A program made the translations under genes and the position numbers. Positions 13,453 to 15,618 of a stretch of DNA of 15,618 nt are shown here, in pieces (within the stretch, counting starts at the first letter, position 1; each line of letters begins with the position of its first letter). The notes under the pieces are model-generated. The model worked only from the letters and a program-made list of their open reading frames with translations. It searched no databases and was not told the DNA's origin. The DNA comes from Candidatus Omnitrophota bacterium (lineage in GTDB: Bacteria; Omnitrophota; Gorgyraeia; Duberdicusellales; 4484-171), in assembly GCA_021735045.1 (NCBI GenBank), contig JAIPHU010000018.1:1-15618 (forward strand). Direction: 5' to 3'.

Positions 13453-15461
13453 GCTTTGCTATGTTCCTTTTCTTTTTCTTGTTTAGCCTTTGTGATAATA
13501 TCTTGAGCTACGCGACTGGGAACAATCTCGTAGTTTGAAAAACTCATTGAATAAGAACCTCTTCCACCTGTCACCGAGCGGAGGTCTGAAGCATATCTAA
13601 ACATCTCAGCTAAAGGCACCTGAGCTTTAACTACTTCATTTTTGCCTTTAGGCTCCATTCCCATGACTTTACCTCTTTTGCTGTTTATGTCTCCGGTAAT
13701 CTGGCCAGTTAAGTCTGAAGGAGCAATAATTTCTACATTCATTATCGGCTCAAGTAAAACAGAACCTCCTTCGGAGAACGCATTTTTTAAGGCCATTGAA
13801 CCAGCAATTTGAAAAGCCATATCAGAAGAATCTACAGGATGATAAGAGCCATCAAAAAGAGTTACTTTAATATCAGTTATTGGATAGCCGGCTAAAAAAC
13901 CCTCCTCCATTGTATTTTTAATTCCCTTTTCAACTGAAGGAATATAACCCCGAGGAATTTTTCCTCCTACAATTTTATTTACAAATTCAAACTTTTTACT
14001 TCGCTCTAAAGGTTCAACTTTGATAGAAACTTCTCCAAACTGGCCCTTCCCGCCAGTTTGTTTTTTATAACGATAAGAAACTGTTGATTCCTTAGCAAGA
14101 GTTTCAAGATAAGGGACTTTAGGTGTACCTAAATCTACATCTGCCCCATAGTGTTCTTTCATTCTTTCAATAGTAAGCTTTAGGTGAAGCTCTCCCATTC
14201 CGGATAATATCAACTCTTTAGTCTGTGCATCCCGTGAAACACGACAAGTAGGATCTTCTGAAGTTAAACGATCTAGAGCTGTCGATATTTTATCTTCATC
14301 TTTTCGAGTCTTAGGTTTAACTGACGAAGAATAAGCAGGTTCTGGAAAATCTAAGGGTTTAAACTTTATTACTTTTGAGCTGTCACAAATAGTATCACCG
14401 GTTTCAGTTTCTTTTAATTTTGCGATTGCCCCAATATCACCCGGTAGCATACAATCTAGATTTTTTTCTTCTTTACCCTCTAATTGATAGATTTGTCCGC
14501 CTTTTTCTTTAGCTTCTTTATTTGCATTATAAAAACTCTGATTAGCTTCTAATTTTCCCGAAAAAACTCTAAAAATTGTTAACTGCCCCACAAAAGGATC
14601 AATTACTGTTTTAAAAACTTGGGCTGAAAAAGGCTCCTCCGGGCTTGGTTTAACTTTAATCTCCTCTCCTTGGTTCCCTGTAGCTACTCTTGCTTTTGCC
14701 TGATCAACCGAAGGCATAATTTCAACTATTAGCTTCATCAAAAAATCAATACCTATCTCTTCTGTCGCTATCCCCGCTGTAACCGGAAAGACTTTAGACT
14801 CAAGCACCGCCTTTTTTAAAGCCTGATTTAACTCATCTAGCTCTAAGGCTCCTTTTTCAAGATACTTTTCTAACAAAGCATCATCAGTTTCAGCAACTGA
14901 ATCCAATACTCCGCTGTATAAAGAACCATATTTATCTTTGTTATCTAAAACACTTTCTATATTTTTACCTTCTGGAGCTCCTAAACTAACAATCTTTTTA
15001 GTAAGACTATTTTTTATATCTTCTAATACTTTATTATAATCTGTATTTTCCTTGTCTAGTTTATTAATAAAAAATAAACAAGGAATATTTTCGCGTTCTA
15101 TAATCTGCCATGCTTTTTCAGTTCCAATACCTACACCTTCTTGAGCATCCACTACAATAACCGCAAAATCAGCAGCCCTTGCTGCCCCCACAACTTCACC
15201 AATAAAATCAGTATATCCAGGGGTATCGATAAATTCAAATTCCTTATCACCTAAATTTGCAGATAAAACAGAAAGATTTATAGAGCTCTTTCGTTTTTTT
15301 TCATCTTCTTGATAATCACTGACTGTATTACCTTGATCAACTTTTCCTAACTCATTAATTGTTCCAGACTTATGGAGAATAGCTTCTGACAAAGAAGTTT
15401 TACCAGATTGGGCATGTCCAACTATCAAAAATGTTCTTTTTTTTGAAATATCAGTTGCCAT
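13449..15461 (-). CDS. Elongation factor G paralogue (EF-G-2-like translational GTPase)
   Basis: 670 aa with five-domain EF-G-like length and pattern. G1 is GHAQSGKT, G3 is DTPGYTDF and G4 is NKLD. Domain IV/V motifs are present (GELHLKLTIERM, GYPITDIKVTLFDGSYHPVDSS, LLEPIMNVEI). ATG at 15459-15461 is preceded by GAGGGGG. Confidence 0.85.
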   Translation of the reverse strand: MATDISKKRTFLIVGHAQSGKTSLSEAILHKSGTINELGKVDQGNTVSDYQEDEKKRKSSINLSVLSANLGDKEFEFIDTPGYTDFIGEVVGAARAADFAVIVVDAQEGVGIGTEKAWQIIERENIPCLFFINKLDKENTDYNKVLEDIKNSLTKKIVSLGAPEGKNIESVLDNKDKYGSLYSGVLDSVAETDDALLEKYLEKGALELDELNQALKKAVLESKVFPVTAGIATEEIGIDFLMKLIVEIMPSVDQAKARVATGNQGEEIKVKPSPEEPFSAQVFKTVIDPFVGQLTIFRVFSGKLEANQSFYNANKEAKEKGGQIYQLEGKEEKNLDCMLPGDIGAIAKLKETETGDTICDSSKVIKFKPLDFPEPAYSSSVKPKTRKDEDKISTALDRLTSEDPTCRVSRDAQTKELILSGMGELHLKLTIERMKEHYGADVDLGTPKVPYLETLAKESTVSYRYKKQTGGKGQFGEVSIKVEPLERSKKFEFVNKIVGGKIPRGYIPSVEKGIKNTMEEGFLAGYPITDIKVTLFDGSYHPVDSSDMAFQIAGSMALKNAFSEGGSVLLEPIMNVEIIAPSDLTGQITGDINSKRGKVMGMEPKGKNEVVKAQVPLAEMFRYASDLRSVTGGRGSYSMSFSNYEIVPSRVAQDIITKAKQEKEKEHSKA

Positions 15462-15472
15462 AGTTACCCCCT

Positions 15473-15546
15473 CATTAAAAATGCAATTATTTAGCGAATA
15501 CCTTTATTTTTAATGACACTTAAGCCGAATTACTCGGCGTAGTGTC
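15473..15546 (-). repeat. Copy B of the 74-nt leader element, abutting the SD of the EF-G-like gene
   Basis: The first 43 nt are identical to 6313-6355. The hairpin at 15515-15546 differs from copy A at 6 positions, and 4 of those form 2 compensated base pairs. Confidence 0.85.
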
Positions 15547-15554
15547 TTATACTT

Positions 15555-15618
15555 AATGCAATTATTTAGCGAATACCTTTATTTTTAATGACACTTAAGC
15601 CGAATTACTCGGCGTAGT
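15555..15618 (-). repeat. Copy C, a tandem 75-nt-period duplicate of copy B truncated by the window edge
   Basis: 15555-15618 is 64/64 identical to 15480-15543. Confidence 0.85.

Noticed and set aside
15473-15618. A possible CRISPR array, suggested by two identical repeats near the window edge
   Set aside because: The units are directly tandem with a 75-nt period and no unique spacers. The repeat is far longer than CRISPR repeats, a third copy sits alone at 6313-6386, and there are no cas genes.
1-15618. A genomic island or mobile element covering some or all of the window
   Set aside because: There are no integrase, transposase, phage or conjugation genes, no tRNA attachment site and no flanking direct repeats. 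The content is housekeeping and stress genes with uniform base composition and a single strand orientation.

Overview
This is a visibly AT-rich, very compact bacterial chromosomal segment. I can support 19 CDS, all on the minus strand, and many are joined by 1-4 nt overlaps (ATGA, GTGA, TGATG), so they probably form long co-directional operons. I found no rRNA, tRNA, CRISPR array, transposase or integrase.

Gene order along the minus strand, from high to low coordinates:
- EF-G-2-like GTPase, then a P-loop-less YchF-like protein
- purH, folC, mnmE, folE, then an FNR-like flavoprotein
- rubrerythrin, Nfu, an NrnA-like DHH phosphoesterase, an MFS transporter
- rubredoxin (54-codon ORF absent from the supplied track), a DpsL-type ferritin, a ferritin-like di-iron protein
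- RsbW-like kinase, STAS antagonist, mlaE, mlaF, mlaD (partial)

The content suggests an anaerobic or microaerophilic diderm, since rubrerythrin and rubredoxin occur together with an Mla system. I cannot place the organism from sequence alone.

The observations most worth follow-up are non-coding or architectural:
1. A ~74-nt structured element abuts the Shine-Dalgarno of two unrelated genes 9 kb apart. The copies are 92% identical and two of the base-pair changes in a GC hairpin are compensatory. The element is tandemly duplicated at the right window edge, and a 26-nt core is also present in front of rubrerythrin.
2. An RsbW/STAS partner-switching pair is translationally coupled to mlaE-mlaF, with no sigma factor in the window.
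3. A GC-enriched element between purH and folC has mutually exclusive pairings, which is attenuator or riboswitch-like architecture.
4. An EF-G paralogue with Tyr in place of the catalytic His of DTPGH overlaps (GTGA) a YchF homologue that lacks the Walker A loop.

Two ORFs in the supplied track (6463..7071 and 9783..11237) appear over-extended at the 5' end into these regulatory elements, and I have shortened them.
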